Source: Amoebidium appalachense
Taxonomy: Eukaryota; Protista; Ichthyosporea
Length of the DNA stretch: 64,000 nucleotides
NCBI GenBank assembly: GCA_963693365.1
Contig: CAVNZM010000012.1
Span: 7,266,889 to 7,330,888 of the forward strand
Direction: 5' to 3'
The translations under genes were made by a program, and so were the position numbers. The notes under the pieces were generated by a model. The model made no database searches. It saw only the letters and a list, made by a program, of their open reading frames with translations, and was not told the DNA's origin. Every line of letters starts with the position of its first letter. Positions within the stretch are counted from its first letter, which is position 1. This document shows, piece by piece, positions 47,851 to 64,000 of this stretch.

Positions 47851-48565
47851 CCTTTTTTTGGCTCCTACAGTAGCCCCTTGCGTATTGGTACACCCCCGTT
47901 TACCACCAAATCCTCGGGGAAGGGGTTCGAGAGAGGGTCCAAGGGGAATGGGGTTACTAGGAATAAAGCAGGAAAAATATCACATGTGCCTCAACTAGCT
48001 ATAGATCACTGGCCGGAAAAGAATCGAAGCCATGGCCATACATCAAGTCTGGGGTTCTCATTTGAGCCCATTTTATTGTCTGTCTAGCAACCAACGGATC
48101 GGGCAAAAGAAAAACTCAAAATGCGGAAATCAAATATCTCGAAATACAGAAATTAACCCTGAAGTACGGAAATCAATATCACATGGGTATCACGCCGAGA
48201 CATCCCTGGAAAATTCCTAACCTGGCATATGAGTGTGAACCGGACAAACACAGCTCACTGTTTAGATTATTTGGGTGATGCGTGTCTTTATGCCTCACAT
48301 ATGTGGTTTTTAGTAATTTTTTTCATATAGTTTGTTGAAATTCATCTGATTCACTCCTAAACTACGAAGCGTATCTAGGGGGATATTACAGATATAACTC
48401 TGGCGAGTGTCTGCTGCAACAGTTCCAAAAGTGTATGGATTACCTGGACAAAAATGCAATACAGTCTCAGAATACTGACTAAGGTGTACTTTGTTTAAAC
48501 ACATTTAAATCGGGGAGAGAAAGGGGGAAAAAACAAACACAAAAAAAGAGTAAAAGAAAAAAAAG

Positions 48566-49213
<648 letters not shown>

Positions 49214-49471
49214 GTCTATCCGATCATCAATCTCCACATAAAAATCTGTATGATGTAAGTAACATCGATTTTTACATGCATATCTTGTAGGGTGGAAGTA
49301 CTGTTGGCCTTGGTGCCGACAACTTATCACAGCTCACCTACATGTCGTTAATAAACAAGCACATTCCCTACCTATCCCAGATATCCAAATCCCATTGTAA
49401 CGCTTTCCCCATCTTCAGCGTTTCATACGTCTCTTTCTACCGCTACTGGCGGCTGGCGAGCATATGATAAC

Positions 49472-49512
<41 letters not shown>

Positions 49513-49565
49513 AGGGGAGAGGGGGGGGAGGAGGTTGGTGGTGGTGGGTGGTGGTCAGGGGGGGT

Positions 49566-49719
<154 letters not shown>

Positions 49720-50329
49720 GTGTCGCGGCATGTGTACGACTGTATACATGCCAATGGGCGAGCGTCCCATAGCCATTATGCATGTTTGGCTTGTAATAGA
49801 TCCTAACAACAAGGTGATTGGGGGAGGGAAAAAGCGAACTACTACACTAATGGAATCCGGTGTATTGCAAAATTACCCAAATCAATCACCACATGGGCAT
49901 GCACACAGTCAAATCAATACTAAAAATACTTCATGCAAATTTCGACACATCTTGTCCTCCCCAATACAATTACAATCACAACTACCACCAACATCATCAC
50001 CACCACCACCACCACTTAGCATATACCGGAAGACACGTACATTCGCCTCCCATATTTGCAAATCTAAATCGCCATTGATTATTGTCTATTTGAAGCAACA
50101 CCGTTTACTCAAATACAGGGACTCCTAATACTGAAACTGTTTCTTGGTATATAGCAAAAAAAATTCCTCCATTCACCATCCCTACTTGCAGATCTCAATC
50201 TCCGTCGATTATCATGCACTGATTTGATATTTCCCCCCTTCTCCATTCCCAGCCTCCTTCTTCAAAGCAAATTACACTGCAAATAATCACCTTCGAGATT
50301 TGCGAAATTTCAGATCTCAATTCCATCGA

Positions 50330-63826
<13,497 letters not shown>

Positions 63827-63852
63827 TTACAGAGATACATACATACATAAAT

Positions 63853-63920
<68 letters not shown>

Positions 63921-64000
63921 ACACACACACATACACACACACATGCATATTTAAGTTACTATACTGCGACCACAGCGTGTAGTTTGCACCTTAATTTCAT

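Overview
Intron-rich eukaryotic DNA dominated by poly(C)/poly(G) and (CA)n/(CT)n tracts. Most ORFs in the supplied track are microsatellite artefacts, so the genes below were assembled by hand from GT-AG exons. The window holds the 3' part of a Furry/Tao3/Mor2 gene (+, ~87-17930) and a ~2.7 kb local duplication whose second copy leads into an intact intronless RNase H ORF (25240-26877). It also holds a complete phase-consistent gene on the minus strand (42475-28367) encoding a mitochondrial-presequence-like N-terminus, a hydrophobic segment, a non-RD CaMK-type kinase and four EF-hands (CDPK-like), followed by a tRNA-derived SINE candidate, MITEs, a frameshifted coiled-coil ORF and the 3' part of RPAP1 (-, 50330 to the window end). 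The most striking signal is a ~450-nt interspersed element with 10 copies or fragments. It has a fixed 3' end abutting C-runs, one tandem copy, covarying helices, and the three hammerhead ribozyme core motifs in a permuted order. A group II intron domain V/VI remnant lies inside a spliceosomal intron. The animal-like Furry sequence suggests a unicellular holozoan, but this is inference only.
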